Source of the DNA: Spirochaetia bacterium
Lineage (GTDB): Bacteria; Spirochaetota; Spirochaetia; UBA9216
NCBI GenBank assembly: GCA_963675665.1
Contig: OY776510.1
Coordinates: 3,648,001-3,712,000, forward strand
DNA: 64,000 nucleotides
Direction of reading: 5' to 3'
Below are positions 1-9,412 of this stretch, in pieces; position 1 is the first letter of the stretch, and each line of letters starts with the position of its first letter. A program made the position numbers and the translations under genes. A model generated the notes under the pieces. That model saw only the letters and a program-made list of their open reading frames with translations. It was not told the DNA's origin and ran no database searches.

Positions 1-908
1 AGTTCTTCCTGATCGTTTTCAGGTAACGGATCATTTTCATCTATGTTTCTTATAAATTGAATCAGAAATTTATTTAAAGGAATATGTTCATCAAGAATTG
101 CGCCTTCCATTACTGAAATATACATCATTTTCAGATGATCCAGACACAGCATTGCGGAAGCATTTTTAAAAAAATGCTTTCCGCCGGCACTACCGCTTCT
201 GTTCGGTGTAAAACTGAATTTCTGAAAAAATGCTGTATACGGAAAAAGAATTATATCCTTCAAACCGTACATCGGCGCTATACTTTGTTCAATTTCCGAA
301 TAAATTATAACGGGTATTTCGTCCGTATATTCCTTTATCCTTCTGTCAACTTCATTTATCAACACATCTTTTTTTCCGAATTCAGCATAAAGATCGACAA
401 GTTCGTCCATACTGATGAACTCTTCAAGCTCATTTTTCGTGTTTTCATACATTGCCCTTATTATAAAAAGACAGCATGATTCGTATACTCCGGGTTCATT
501 CCACAATTTTCTATACAGTTCTCTGAAAGTAAATGTCTGGCTGTATAAATTAAAAACTTTTTCACCAAATTCTGGAGTTAAATTTCTACTTTCAAAACCG
601 GTAATACCGGGTTGTTTTCTGTAAATTGCTTTCTTAAGCATTTTCATTTTACGGTCTATCACAAGCTCATCAATTTTTTTCCCGCCCAGCTTCGATCGTA
701 TAAGCATAAGTAATCTGCTGAACCAACCTGTATTTTTCAGTTCATTTTCAATAAAAAAATCATGGTCCTTTTTTTTTCTTACAGCAGCCTTTTCCTCATC
801 ATCTTCTTCACTAACGTCAATGCTTCTGTTTATTCTTTCAAGCAGATTCGTTCTTTCTTTTTCAGAAAGGGAGTATGATAATTCTTCAAGTACATCTTTC
901 TTTGCCAT
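1..908 (-). CDS. Conserved hypothetical protein, possibly DUF5312 (spirochete) family; runs off the window edge
   Basis: ATG at 908 (MAKKDVLEELSYSLSEKERTNLLERIN...), frame open where checked down to position 1; missing from the ORF track because there is no stop in the window; family call from memory. Confidence 0.7.
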   Translation of the reverse strand, partial: MAKKDVLEELSYSLSEKERTNLLERINRSIDVSEEDDEEKAAVRKKKDHDFFIENELKNTGWFSRLLMLIRSKLGGKKIDELVIDRKMKMLKKAIYRKQPGITGFESRNLTPEFGEKVFNLYSQTFTFRELYRKLWNEPGVYESCCLFIIRAMYENTKNELEEFISMDELVDLYAEFGKKDVLINEVDRRIKEYTDEIPVIIYSEIEQSIAPMYGLKDIILFPYTAFFQKFSFTPNRSGSAGGKHFFKNASAMLCLDHLKMMYISVMEGAILDEHIPLNKFLIQFIRNIDENDPLPENDQEE

Positions 909-923
909 CCATTCCTCATCTAA

Positions 924-1550
924 TCAGTAATTAATAATTATAAACACAGAGCCTTTAAGGATTCTGAATGATACGCTTTCTCTCATTGCTACATTGCTTA
1001 TACTGAATTGACCCGGATTAATCTGAAAATTTTCCAATTCCCATTTTAATCCTTCAGAGCTTACTACAGCATCATCTCTTCCGCACGAAAAAACCGAAAC
1101 TGTCTGCCCTATACTGCATTTTGCATCATATTCCGTGTCTGCATAAATAATTCTTTCGAATGCAGTAAACCACTCAGATGGTTTTGTTTTCCGGTTAAAA
1201 ATGGAAATTATTGCCATCAGATGATCAATCCTGCCGCCTCCACCACCAATTAAAACTATATCACGGAAATCTTTATCTTCAATGAATTTAATTGCCAATT
1301 CGGTATCAGTATAATCCTTATCTTCAGGGTACCTGATAATTCTGCTTTTTTTAATTTTTCCAAGCCCTTCATGATCTCTCAGTGAATCCATATCACCTAT
1401 ATAATAATCCGGTTCGATTCCCATTGCTGCGGCCAAATCCCAGCCTGAATCAGCCGCTATCATAATCTCTGTATCATCCAGAATATCTTTGATAATTTCC
1501 AGGTTCGGGCCTGAACCGCCGGTGAAGATTACGGCTTTTCCATTACTCAT
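924..1550 (-). CDS. thiN: Thiamine pyrophosphokinase
   Basis: IAADSG, IGDMDS, KDYTDTELA, GGRIDH and SISN motifs. Confidence 0.95.
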   Translation of the reverse strand: MSNGKAVIFTGGSGPNLEIIKDILDDTEIMIAADSGWDLAAAMGIEPDYYIGDMDSLRDHEGLGKIKKSRIIRYPEDKDYTDTELAIKFIEDKDFRDIVLIGGGGGRIDHLMAIISIFNRKTKPSEWFTAFERIIYADTEYDAKCSIGQTVSVFSCGRDDAVVSSEGLKWELENFQINPGQFSISNVAMRESVSFRILKGSVFIIINY

Positions 1551-1600
1551 TTTATCATAATCCGCTTTTTTTAATTTTTTTTCAATATAGCTATTTTAAC

Positions 1601-1627
1601 TAAAGCAAGTTTTTTATATTCCGAAAT
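1601..1627 (+). promoter_or_regulatory. Sigma-28 (FliA) promoter of flagellin
   Basis: TAAA(1601-1604)-N15-TCCGAAAT(1620-1627) versus consensus TAAA-N15-GCCGATAA. Confidence 0.8.
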
Positions 1628-1635
1628 TATATACA

Positions 1636-1670
1636 GGGACAAGGATGTTCCGTCAAATAATCAAGGAGGA
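1636..1670 (+). promoter_or_regulatory. CsrA-binding leader of flagellin mRNA
   Basis: Hairpin GGGACA-AGGA-TGTTCC (1636-1651) with GGA in the loop, plus a second GGA site in the SD CAAGGAGGA. Confidence 0.7.
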
Positions 1671-1674
1671 TTAT

Positions 1675-2547
1675 ATGATTATTAATCACAACATGAGTGC
1701 GATGTTTGCGCACCGAAGTCAAAAATTCAATTCATGGTCAATGGACAACAGCATGAACAAGTTGTCATCCGGAATGCGTATCAACAAAGCCGGCGATGAC
1801 GCATCAGGCCTTGCTGTCTCTGAAAAAATGCGTTCTCAAATCCGCGGACTTCAGAGAGCCGAAAAAAATGCTGAAGACGGTATTTCATTCATCCAGACAA
1901 CCGAAGGTTACCTTTCAGAAACTAATGAAATACTCCAGAGACTCCGTGAACTTTCAGTTCAGGCCGCTAACGGTATTTACTCAAGTGAAGACAGGATGCA
2001 GATTCAGGTTGAGGTTTCTCAGCTTGTAGATGAAATCAACAGAATAGCTTCACATGCCCAGTTTAACGGTATGAACATGATGACCGGTCGTTTTGCAAAA
2101 GAAACAGGTGAGAATTTCGTTGCGGCAAGCATGTGGCTCCATATGGGCGCCAATGTTGATCAGCGCGAACGCATTTACATCGGCACAATGACTGCTCAGG
2201 GCCTTGGGTTGCAGCAGAAAGGTGCTATGGCTCATGCAGCTACTTTCATTTCAATTTCGTCTCCTGACAAAGCCAATATGTCAATTGCAATGGTTGACAG
2301 TGCAATCAAGAAGGTTAACAAACAACGTGCCGATCTTGGAGCATACCAGAACAGGCTTGAATATGCAGCACAGGGACTGTCTGTCGGCGCTGAAAATCTT
2401 CAGGCTGCCGAATCAAGAATCAGGGATACTGACATGGCAGAAGAAATGGTTAATTTTGTCAAGGATCAGATTCTTATTCAGGCATCTACAGCCATGCTGG
2501 CTCAGGCCAATCAGAAAGGTCAGTCAGTACTTCAGCTTTTACAGTAA
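1675..2547 (+). CDS. flaB: Flagellar filament core protein (FlaB flagellin)
   Basis: [13 protein letters not shown]-terminus typical of spirochete FlaB; [12 protein letters not shown] and [11 protein letters not shown] motifs; SD AAGGAGG before ATG 1675. Confidence 0.97.
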   Translation: MIINHNMSAMFAHRSQKFNSWSMDNSMNKLSSGMRINKAGDDASGLAVSEKMRSQIRGLQRAEKNAEDGISFIQTTEGYLSETNEILQRLRELSVQAANGIYSSEDRMQIQVEVSQLVDEINRIASHAQFNGMNMMTGRFAKETGENFVAASMWLHMGANVDQRERIYIGTMTAQGLGLQQKGAMAHAATFISISSPDKANMSIAMVDSAIKKVNKQRADLGAYQNRLEYAAQGLSVGAENLQAAESRIRDTDMAEEMVNFVKDQILIQASTAMLAQANQKGQSVLQLLQ

Positions 2548-2592
2548 ACTGACGGCATTCCAGTTCCAGTTCAACATAGCATCTGATACCAC

Positions 2593-2621
2593 CCGCTCCT
2601 CTTTGGGGAGCGGTTTTTTTT
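2593..2621 (+). terminator. Rho-independent terminator of flaB
   Basis: CCGCTCCTC-TTT-GGGGAGCGG followed by a T-run. Confidence 0.9.
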
Positions 2622-2660
2622 ATATTGACAACAATTTATCAATCCTTATTATTAACTTTA

Positions 2661-4022
2661 ATGCGTTACAAGGTAGATAAAGCACTTATACAATTTTCTC
2701 AAATCTTTAAAAATGCAGGGTTTTCGTGTTATCTTGTCGGAGGCGCTGTAAGAAACCTCTATGCAGGTTTAACCGTATCTGATTACGATTTTACAACCAA
2801 TGCCATGCCGGAACAGGTTTCCGGCCTTTTTCGGAAAGTAATTCCTACGGGAATCAAACACGGAACAGTTACAGTTCTTTACTCCGGCTATAAGCTTGAA
2901 GTTACAACCTTCCGAACCGACGGCGATTATTCAGACCTCAGAAGGCCTGATAAAGTACATTTTACTGCTTCTGTTTTTGAAGACCTTAAAAGACGTGATT
3001 TTACTATAAACTCCATGGCTTATGATCTTCTTACCGGAGAACTCCTTGACCCGCATGACGGCAAAATTGATCTAAAAAACAGGATTATCAGGGCAATCGG
3101 CGTTCCGCTGGAACGTTTCCAGGAAGATGCTTTACGTATCATGCGTGCATGCAGGTTTGCCGCTCAGCTTGAATTTACAATCGAAGAATCAACGCTTAAG
3201 GGAATGTCTGATAAATCAATCAACCTTAATGCTGTCTCAATGGAACGAATACGCGACGAGATTGAAAAAATTCTCAGAACACGTAAACCGTCTATAGCTT
3301 TTCATATTATGTCCAACACCGGCGTTCTGGATGTTGTTTTACCTGAACTTGCCGCCTGCCGCGGTATAGAACAAAAAGGCTTTCATAATTTCGACGTATT
3401 TGAACACAGCCTTTATTCCTGTGACGGCGCTCCTCCGGAAAACCCCGAAGTCAGGCTGGCTGCTCTGCTTCATGACATAGGCAAACCGGCAACACTGGCC
3501 CTGGACGAACTCGGTATACCGACCTTTTACGGACATGAAAAAAAATCAACTTCTTTGAGCCGCAAAATTATTCAGCGTTTTAAATTCCCCAAAGCGTTTG
3601 AAAAAAGGGTTCTTCAGCTTATTGAACAGCATATGTTTAATTATCAGCCGGAATGGAGCGACAGCGCTGTGCGCAGGTTTATTGCAAAAACCGGCCCTGA
3701 AAATATAATGGATCTTTTTCTTCTCAGGCGTGCCGATCAGTACGGCATGAGCCGTAACAAGCATGATTCCGTCAACCTTAAAGATTTCGGCAAAAGAATT
3801 AAAAATGTTCTTGAAGCTGATAATGCTTTTACTATCAGGGATTTGAATATTAACGGGAACATCCTTCATTCAAAAGGCGGTATTCCCAAAGGCCGGGACA
3901 TGGGAACAACACTGGACTTTCTTCTTGAAAGCGTTCTGGATGATCCTTCACAGAATAATGAAACTGATTTACTAAAAATAGCTGTTAATTTTTATAATGA
4001 AAGGCTGCTTCATGAAAAATGA
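2661..4022 (+). CDS. cca: CCA-adding tRNA nucleotidyltransferase with HD domain
   Basis: LVGGAVRN, DYD, DLKRRDFTINSMA, EDALRIMR and LLHDIGKP motifs; start moved to ATG 2661 because the upstream TTG is part of a TTGACA -35 box. Confidence 0.9.
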   Translation: MRYKVDKALIQFSQIFKNAGFSCYLVGGAVRNLYAGLTVSDYDFTTNAMPEQVSGLFRKVIPTGIKHGTVTVLYSGYKLEVTTFRTDGDYSDLRRPDKVHFTASVFEDLKRRDFTINSMAYDLLTGELLDPHDGKIDLKNRIIRAIGVPLERFQEDALRIMRACRFAAQLEFTIEESTLKGMSDKSINLNAVSMERIRDEIEKILRTRKPSIAFHIMSNTGVLDVVLPELAACRGIEQKGFHNFDVFEHSLYSCDGAPPENPEVRLAALLHDIGKPATLALDELGIPTFYGHEKKSTSLSRKIIQRFKFPKAFEKRVLQLIEQHMFNYQPEWSDSAVRRFIAKTGPENIMDLFLLRRADQYGMSRNKHDSVNLKDFGKRIKNVLEADNAFTIRDLNINGNILHSKGGIPKGRDMGTTLDFLLESVLDDPSQNNETDLLKIAVNFYNERLLHEK

Positions 4023-4031
4023 CTCTTTATA

Positions 4032-4802
4032 TTACTTACTTTTCAGTTTTGACGATTTCTTTACGGTAAGACTTTCATAAGCTATACCTGCAGCTTTCTG
4101 TTCCGCTTCTTTTTTATTTTTACCTTTTCCGGGTCCGTAGGTATCGTTTTTAACCTTTACTTCAATCCAGAATGTTCGATCGTGATCCGGGCCCGTTTTC
4201 TGGACAAGATTATACCTTGGATAACTTTTATACTTCTTCTGTACAAGCTCCTGTAGCAGAGTTTTATAGTCTTTCCGGTGTTTGTTCTCAAGAACCTTGT
4301 TGATTTCCGGGATTAAATATTTCAGAATAAAACTTTGAACTGTTTTAAAACCCGAATCAAGGTAATAAGCTCCGAAAATAGCTTCCATACAGTCGGCAAG
4401 AATTGCTTTTTTTGTTCTCCCGCCGGAATATTCCTCGCCCTTTCCGATAAGAATGTAATTATCAACTTTAATTGATTTTGCAATTCCGGCCAGACTGTCT
4501 TCACTTACAACAAATGATTTTATACGTGCCAGTTCACCTTCCGGCCTTTCCGGCATTATCCTGAAAAGATAATCACTTACAACAATGCCGAGAACACTGT
4601 CGCCCAGAAATTCCAGTTTTTCATTATTGTCAATATTACCGACAGTTTCGTTTGAATAAGAACGATGAGAAAAAGCAAGGTTCAGGAAATCTATTTTCCT
4701 GAACCTCATACCTGCGTGTTTCTCAAAAAGCTGCAACTCTTTTTTTCTTGCAGCATCAGCTGCAGGCGTTTTCAGAGCCGGTACTTTTGGTAATAGAACC
4801 AC
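4032..4802 (-). CDS. rnc: Ribonuclease III
   Basis: NEKLEFLGDSVL signature and dsRBD (DYKTLLQE...KKEAEQKAA). Confidence 0.97.
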   Translation of the reverse strand: MVLLPKVPALKTPAADAARKKELQLFEKHAGMRFRKIDFLNLAFSHRSYSNETVGNIDNNEKLEFLGDSVLGIVVSDYLFRIMPERPEGELARIKSFVVSEDSLAGIAKSIKVDNYILIGKGEEYSGGRTKKAILADCMEAIFGAYYLDSGFKTVQSFILKYLIPEINKVLENKHRKDYKTLLQELVQKKYKSYPRYNLVQKTGPDHDRTFWIEVKVKNDTYGPGKGKNKKEAEQKAAGIAYESLTVKKSSKLKSK

Positions 4803-4814
4803 GATATGCGAATC

Positions 4815-5051
4815 TTAGCTCTGTGCGGATTTTATAAATTCTACAGCATCACCAACAGTTTCAAACTCATTGGCTTTTTCATCAGGAATGGTAATTCCCA
4901 TTTCTTCTTCGATCGCATAAACAAGCTCGTAAGTATCGAGACTGTCTGCTCCAAGATCCTGTCTAAAAGACGCTTCAAGAGTGATTTTGTCTTCTTCAAC
5001 CTCAAGCTTTTCAGCTATTAGCTTCTTAATCTTTTCAAAAAGCTCGTCCAT
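4815..5051 (-). CDS. acpP: Acyl carrier protein
   Basis: DLGADSLD phosphopantetheine site. Confidence 0.97.
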   Translation of the reverse strand: MDELFEKIKKLIAEKLEVEEDKITLEASFRQDLGADSLDTYELVYAIEEEMGITIPDEKANEFETVGDAVEFIKSAQS

Positions 5052-5079
5052 TTTTCGCTCCTTACCTTTTTATAGCGTT

Positions 5080-5268
5080 CTACGCCATTTCTTCAAGCTC
5101 GACAACCTGTTTCCCACGGTAGAAACCGCATTTTGGACATACCCTGTGAGGTAATACCAAATTGCCGCAACTTCCACATTCAACCAGATTACCGGCAGTT
5201 AGCTTGTTATTAATCGCCCTTCTTCTACGACTTTTTGCCTTAGAAGTTTTATATTTAGGTACTGCCAT
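5080..5268 (-). CDS. rpmF: 50S ribosomal protein L32
   Basis: MAVPK start; CxxC...PHRVCPKCG zinc ribbon. Confidence 0.97.
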   Translation of the reverse strand: MAVPKYKTSKAKSRRRRAINNKLTAGNLVECGSCGNLVLPHRVCPKCGFYRGKQVVELEEMA

Positions 5269-5378
5269 TATTTTCGCCTCTCATTGTTATACTATTATTT
5301 AGGAGACAATACCGTATAGATTTACGATTGTCAAGCTCTCTGTGCTTTCATGTACATTATCAGCCAGCAACCGATATG

Positions 5379-5861
5379 TCAATCCATTGTATCGAATTTA
5401 ATTTTTAAAGCCTTTTCAACACAATCCGGAACCATACCGGTAATTTTGCCGTGCATTCTTGCCACTTCATTCACAACTGATGAGCGTATTACAAAATATC
5501 TCGGATCCGTAGGCATAAAAATAATCTCGATATCAGGATCAAGATTCTTGTTAGTCATAGCAAGCTCAAATTCATAACCGAAATCAGTCAAAGCTCTTAC
5601 CCCTCTGATAAGGACCTTGGCGCCGACTTCTTTGGCGTATTCAACAATCAGTCTGTTTGTTACACCAACTTTTACGTTAGCTATGTCTTTTGTAATTTCT
5701 TCGAGAAAAGCAACCCTTTCCTCGACTGTAAACAAATTTGTTTTATCACCGTTATCACCAATTACAACTTCAACAGCATCAAAAACTTTGGAGGCTCTTC
5801 TTATCAGATTAAGGTGGCCGTTTGTCGGAGGATCGAATGATCCCGGAAATAGAACTTTCAT
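5379..5861 (-). CDS. coaD: Phosphopantetheine adenylyltransferase
   Basis: FPGSFDPPTNGH, IRGVR and YEFELA motifs. Confidence 0.96.
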   Translation of the reverse strand: MKVLFPGSFDPPTNGHLNLIRRASKVFDAVEVVIGDNGDKTNLFTVEERVAFLEEITKDIANVKVGVTNRLIVEYAKEVGAKVLIRGVRALTDFGYEFELAMTNKNLDPDIEIIFMPTDPRYFVIRSSVVNEVARMHGKITGMVPDCVEKALKIKFDTMD

Positions 5862-5867
5862 CCTGCA

Positions 5868-5954
5868 AGTTTACTGTCACTGGTGCATAAAATCAACAAT
5901 ACTATTTCCTTTTTAAAAATTATTTTTGACAAACAACGATGAAAATTATAAACT
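5868..5954. promoter_or_regulatory. Divergent sigma-70 promoters (coaD and lipoprotein), both in leaderless geometry
   Basis: Minus: TTGATT(5896-5891)-N17-TAAACT(5873-5868)-N6-ATG; plus: TTGACA(5926-5931)-N17-TAAACT(5949-5954)-N6-ATG. Confidence 0.75.
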
Positions 5955-5960
5955 TGGGTT

Positions 5961-6527
5961 ATGAGAAAGATAATTGGTATTTGCGCTTTTATCATATTTG
6001 CGGTTTCTGTTTCCTGTACAACAGTTGATACCGAACCGGATCCTGTACAACAACCTGAGGCTCAGCCGGAACCTGTAATTCAATCTGAGCCGGCTCCTTT
6101 ACCCGAACCGGAGCCTGAACCTGAAATTGAGGAATTCGTGGTTACAGAAGAGCTTTATGTTGAAACCTTTGAAGACATTAAGACTTTTGTTGTAAACCTC
6201 AATAAGGTAATAGCATCAAAAGATTATAACCTCTGGCTTACCTATCTTACGCGAGATTATATTTCATACTACAGCAACCCTGAACTTCTTCAGAACTATT
6301 CAGACAGGCTTAAGCAGCGCGGGCATAACATCAGGATAGATAACCTTGAGGATTATTTTTTAAACCTTGTTGTTATATCCCGTTCAAATGCCGTTGTTGA
6401 TGAAATAAAATTTACCGACTCTGAACATATTACAGCATATACAATACAGAAGGAGACAGCTTCTGTTCTTTATTATCTCGAAAAAATTGAAAATGAATGG
6501 AAAATCGGGCTAGAACCTGAAAATTAG
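5961..6527 (+). CDS. Hypothetical lipoprotein with Pro/Glu-rich linker
   Basis: Signal peptide with lipobox VSVSC; EPEPEPE linker. Confidence 0.8.
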   Translation: MRKIIGICAFIIFAVSVSCTTVDTEPDPVQQPEAQPEPVIQSEPAPLPEPEPEPEIEEFVVTEELYVETFEDIKTFVVNLNKVIASKDYNLWLTYLTRDYISYYSNPELLQNYSDRLKQRGHNIRIDNLEDYFLNLVVISRSNAVVDEIKFTDSEHITAYTIQKETASVLYYLEKIENEWKIGLEPEN

Positions 6528-6577
6528 TGTATACTTAATGGTATTAGGTACCGAACCTTAATTACGGGGAGTGAAAA

Positions 6578-7270
6578 ATGAAAAACATATTTACTGCGGT
6601 TATTATTATTTTTCTTGCGGTAGTTCCCGGGCTGTTTGCCCAGAGCGATGATGAAATTACCGTTGAGGAATTTTATCTGCAGAATATTGAAATGGTTATT
6701 ATCAAGGAGCAGGCATCAACCCTTGACCGGGACTCGAAGCTTATGGCTCTTAAAAATATTGAAGAAATGATCGACGAAGGAAAAGTATCCGAAGGTGATC
6801 CTGAAGTACATTACATCCTTGATTATCTTGCACAGGAAGGAATTGGTCGCGAAATCAATGAAGGCGGACGGATGGTTAACAATATGCCTGTTGTCCGTAA
6901 AGAAGCCTGTACGCTCCTTGGCGAATTGGGCGGCGAAGATGCTAAAAACACGCTTGTAGACATTGCCCTCAAGGATAACGAAACAATGGTTCTGTCTGAA
7001 GCTGTATATGCTCTCGGCAAACTCGGCATAAATGAAAATAATCAGGTATCCCAGGCAATTGCCAGCATTATTCTTTCTCAGAATGCTATCGGTCCTGATG
7101 ATAATTTTGCTTATTCCGCCCTTCTTTCTTTCGAAAAGTTGGCTGCTGCCAACAACGGTCTCTCCGATCCGCTTGCTTTCCAGGCAATTATTGCAATAGC
7201 TCAGGGTAATTATATAAGGCCTGTAAAAATGAAGGCGAATGAGTTAATCAACGACCTTAGAAAATATTAG
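6578..7270 (+). CDS. Secreted HEAT-repeat protein
   Basis: Signal peptide (LFAQ); VRKEACTLLGELG and EAVYALGKLG HEAT-like repeats. Confidence 0.85.
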   Translation: MKNIFTAVIIIFLAVVPGLFAQSDDEITVEEFYLQNIEMVIIKEQASTLDRDSKLMALKNIEEMIDEGKVSEGDPEVHYILDYLAQEGIGREINEGGRMVNNMPVVRKEACTLLGELGGEDAKNTLVDIALKDNETMVLSEAVYALGKLGINENNQVSQAIASIILSQNAIGPDDNFAYSALLSFEKLAAANNGLSDPLAFQAIIAIAQGNYIRPVKMKANELINDLRKY

Positions 7271-7398
7271 TATTTATAATTCACAAAAAGAAAGGGGCTG
7301 CACGGTTTTACCCGGACTGCCCCATTTTTTTGCGGTTTTTGCTTCAAAGCCTAAACTAAAAAAGTATAACTTTTAAAGCTGCATCTTAAACAAGCTGC

Positions 7399-7794
7399 TT
7401 ATTTTTTTATCCTGCTGCTTACTTTACGTCTCCATTCGTATTTCTTTTCTTCTTTTTCATACTGGATACGTTTTCTTACAAAAAACTTCATAGAGCCGCC
7501 GTTTCGTGTCTTTATAATACCGAAACTGCCTCTTCCGAGATAACAGATCTTCTCATCCTTTTCAAGCGTTTCACGTTTTTCGATCTCACGAATGATACAG
7601 TCGAAATGTGCCGGAGCTTCTGATTCTTCCGCTGCTATTGCAGTATTGATATCTTTAACCGAATTACCGCAATAAGGACATATTGGGTAATCCTTTTTCT
7701 GATATCTTCTGTTGCTTTTATAACGCCTGCGCTTTCCGTCCCGCTTTAAAGGCTTGCTGTTGTCTTCACTGTTGTCCCGATTTTCTTCACTCAT
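7399..7794 (-). CDS. Conserved hypothetical protein (CPxC...HFDC, probable metal binding)
   Basis: Open frame with basic N-terminus and CPYCG, HFDC, YLGRGSFGI motifs; end of the rplS-extended operon. Confidence 0.8.
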   Translation of the reverse strand: MSEENRDNSEDNSKPLKRDGKRRRYKSNRRYQKKDYPICPYCGNSVKDINTAIAAEESEAPAHFDCIIREIEKRETLEKDEKICYLGRGSFGIIKTRNGGSMKFFVRKRIQYEKEEKKYEWRRKVSSRIKK

Positions 7795-7937
7795 TAAGTT
7801 TCCCTCTGGTTAATCAGCTCCTTGGTTAAGGTATGCGCGATTCTGTTTATTGCCACATCAAGATAAACAGGATCATTGATTTTGTCTTTCAGCTCTTTAA
7901 GCTTTTTTGGGTCCGTCTGTTTAGCTATTCTAATCAT
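7794..7937 (-). CDS. Unannotated 47-aa small protein, FlgM C-terminal-like
   Basis: MIRIAKQTDPKKLKELKDKINDPVYLDVAINRIAHTLTKELINQRET; ATG overlaps the yraN end and TAA overlaps the next ATG (TAATG). Confidence 0.75.
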   Translation of the reverse strand: MIRIAKQTDPKKLKELKDKINDPVYLDVAINRIAHTLTKELINQRET

Positions 7938-8289
7938 AAATTCCTGTCTCCGTAAAGGCATTCCTTATATGTTCCAGTTCAGACAAGCACCCTTTGTGAA
8001 AAACCACATCATATCTCACCGATTTATTCTGATACCACTCATTTTCGGCGAGATAGTATTTAGAACAGGATATAATACGTTGTCGCTTATTCCTGTTAAT
8101 ACCGTATTCAATTGCATCAAACTCCAGTGTATCCCATCGTTTGACTTCAATAAAAACCAATTCTTCATTATCAAGGGCAATTATATCTATTTCAGCCCTT
8201 CGTGTCCTGTAGTTACGCTCCAGGATTCTCCATCCTAATCCGGTCAGATAATCACAAACCAGATTTTCTCCGTCTTTACCCTTACTCAG
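7930..8289 (-). CDS. yraN: YraN/UPF0102 family endonuclease-fold protein, probable CTG start
   Basis: Frame extends upstream of the track start through GKDGE...LERNYRTRRAEIDIIA...LVFIEVK; 119 aa from CTG 8289. Confidence 0.85.
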   Translation of the reverse strand: MSKGKDGENLVCDYLTGLGWRILERNYRTRRAEIDIIALDNEELVFIEVKRWDTLEFDAIEYGINRNKRQRIISCSKYYLAENEWYQNKSVRYDVVFHKGCLSELEHIRNAFTETGIYD

Positions 8290-9410
8290 CTTTTTACAAG
8301 CTCCTTCGGATCTACAGCTTTTGTTATAAATAAATCTTTTTCATTAAAAAGATCAATATACTCTTTTTCTTTCCTTGGTCTCCGGCCTTTTTCATCTACA
8401 ATAATCTGAAGTCCAGGCCGCAAAGGTGTTGTTGAACGGATCCTGTTTATCTTTCCAATAGCCCCGCTGTTTAATATCACTATGCTGCCCCTTGGATATA
8501 TGCCTATGTGTTTGATGAATATCTTAAGTATGCCGGGGTCAAATCTTCTTGAATTATCATTCAGTATCTGCCTGATAGCGGTATAACCCAGCAGAGAGTC
8601 CCTGTCCGGCCTGTCTTTGCTCATCGCCAGGAAAGCATCAGTAACAGAAATAATTCTTGCTCCTACGGGTATTTTGTTTTCCGCAATGCCTCTCGGATAT
8701 CCTTTTCCGTCCCATCTTTCATGATGACACATAGCTATTCTGCCAACCTCTTCAGGCAGACTTAAGTCTTTTATTGCCATTCTGTAAGCATAAACAGTGT
8801 GAGTCTTTATTTTCTCAAGCTCTGAAGGATTAAGTTTACCTTTTTTTCGAATAATATCCTGCGGAATCTTGGTCATCCCTATATCATGAATTAAGGCGGC
8901 TGAAGCTATATTCAACAATCTGTGCGGAGGGATTTTAATAGTAAAGGCCATTACAGTCGAAAGTATTAAATTATTTACGGCTGAATGTGAAAGAGGATCC
9001 TTTCCTGCTTTTTTCATGGTAGTCAGAATCAGGGATTCTTCAATATTGTTTAAAACAATCGGGTATAAACCCTTCATTACTCCGTCGATATCGTCTTTGT
9101 TCGGATGTAAGCCTCTTCGGCAATCATTGAAAAAAGAATCCATTGATTCGATTGCAGCGTTATATTGTTTCATCAATTCATTTGATACGCTGTTTTCACT
9201 ACCCATCACTTCCTGAGAATTGCTGCCGGTTTCTTCGCTTACCGCATTGCCTTCAGTCGTAACTTCCTTGATTCCCCATTTAATCAGACGTTCTATATCT
9301 TTTTGCCTGATTTCAACATTTTCAGGCACAAGAAGATTAACTCCATCAACATATACGGGTTTATCGAATTTTATTCCTGCTTCAAGTTTTTCTACAGGTA
9401 TTGCTTTCAT
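8286..9410 (-). CDS. HD-GYP domain protein (putative c-di-GMP phosphodiesterase)
   Basis: IHDIG and HHERWDGKGYPRG motifs. Confidence 0.92.
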   Translation of the reverse strand: MKAIPVEKLEAGIKFDKPVYVDGVNLLVPENVEIRQKDIERLIKWGIKEVTTEGNAVSEETGSNSQEVMGSENSVSNELMKQYNAAIESMDSFFNDCRRGLHPNKDDIDGVMKGLYPIVLNNIEESLILTTMKKAGKDPLSHSAVNNLILSTVMAFTIKIPPHRLLNIASAALIHDIGMTKIPQDIIRKKGKLNPSELEKIKTHTVYAYRMAIKDLSLPEEVGRIAMCHHERWDGKGYPRGIAENKIPVGARIISVTDAFLAMSKDRPDRDSLLGYTAIRQILNDNSRRFDPGILKIFIKHIGIYPRGSIVILNSGAIGKINRIRSTTPLRPGLQIIVDEKGRRPRKEKEYIDLFNEKDLFITKAVDPKELVKS

Positions 9411-9412
9411 CT

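Noticed and set aside
1645-1674. Longer ORF-track starts (flaB 1645, cca 2625, pgm 23654, K+ channel 34412, 37935, 38435, 43853, 50249)
   Set aside because: Extensions run through promoters or leaders; downstream starts match family N-termini and SD or leaderless signals
2558-2575. TTCCAG-TTCCAG-TTCAAC short repeat in the flaB 3' UTR
   Set aside because: Too short to distinguish from chance
6030-6126. Repeated CCGGAA/CCTGAA units
   Set aside because: Encodes a Pro/Glu linker in a lipoprotein; not a CRISPR or DNA-level repeat
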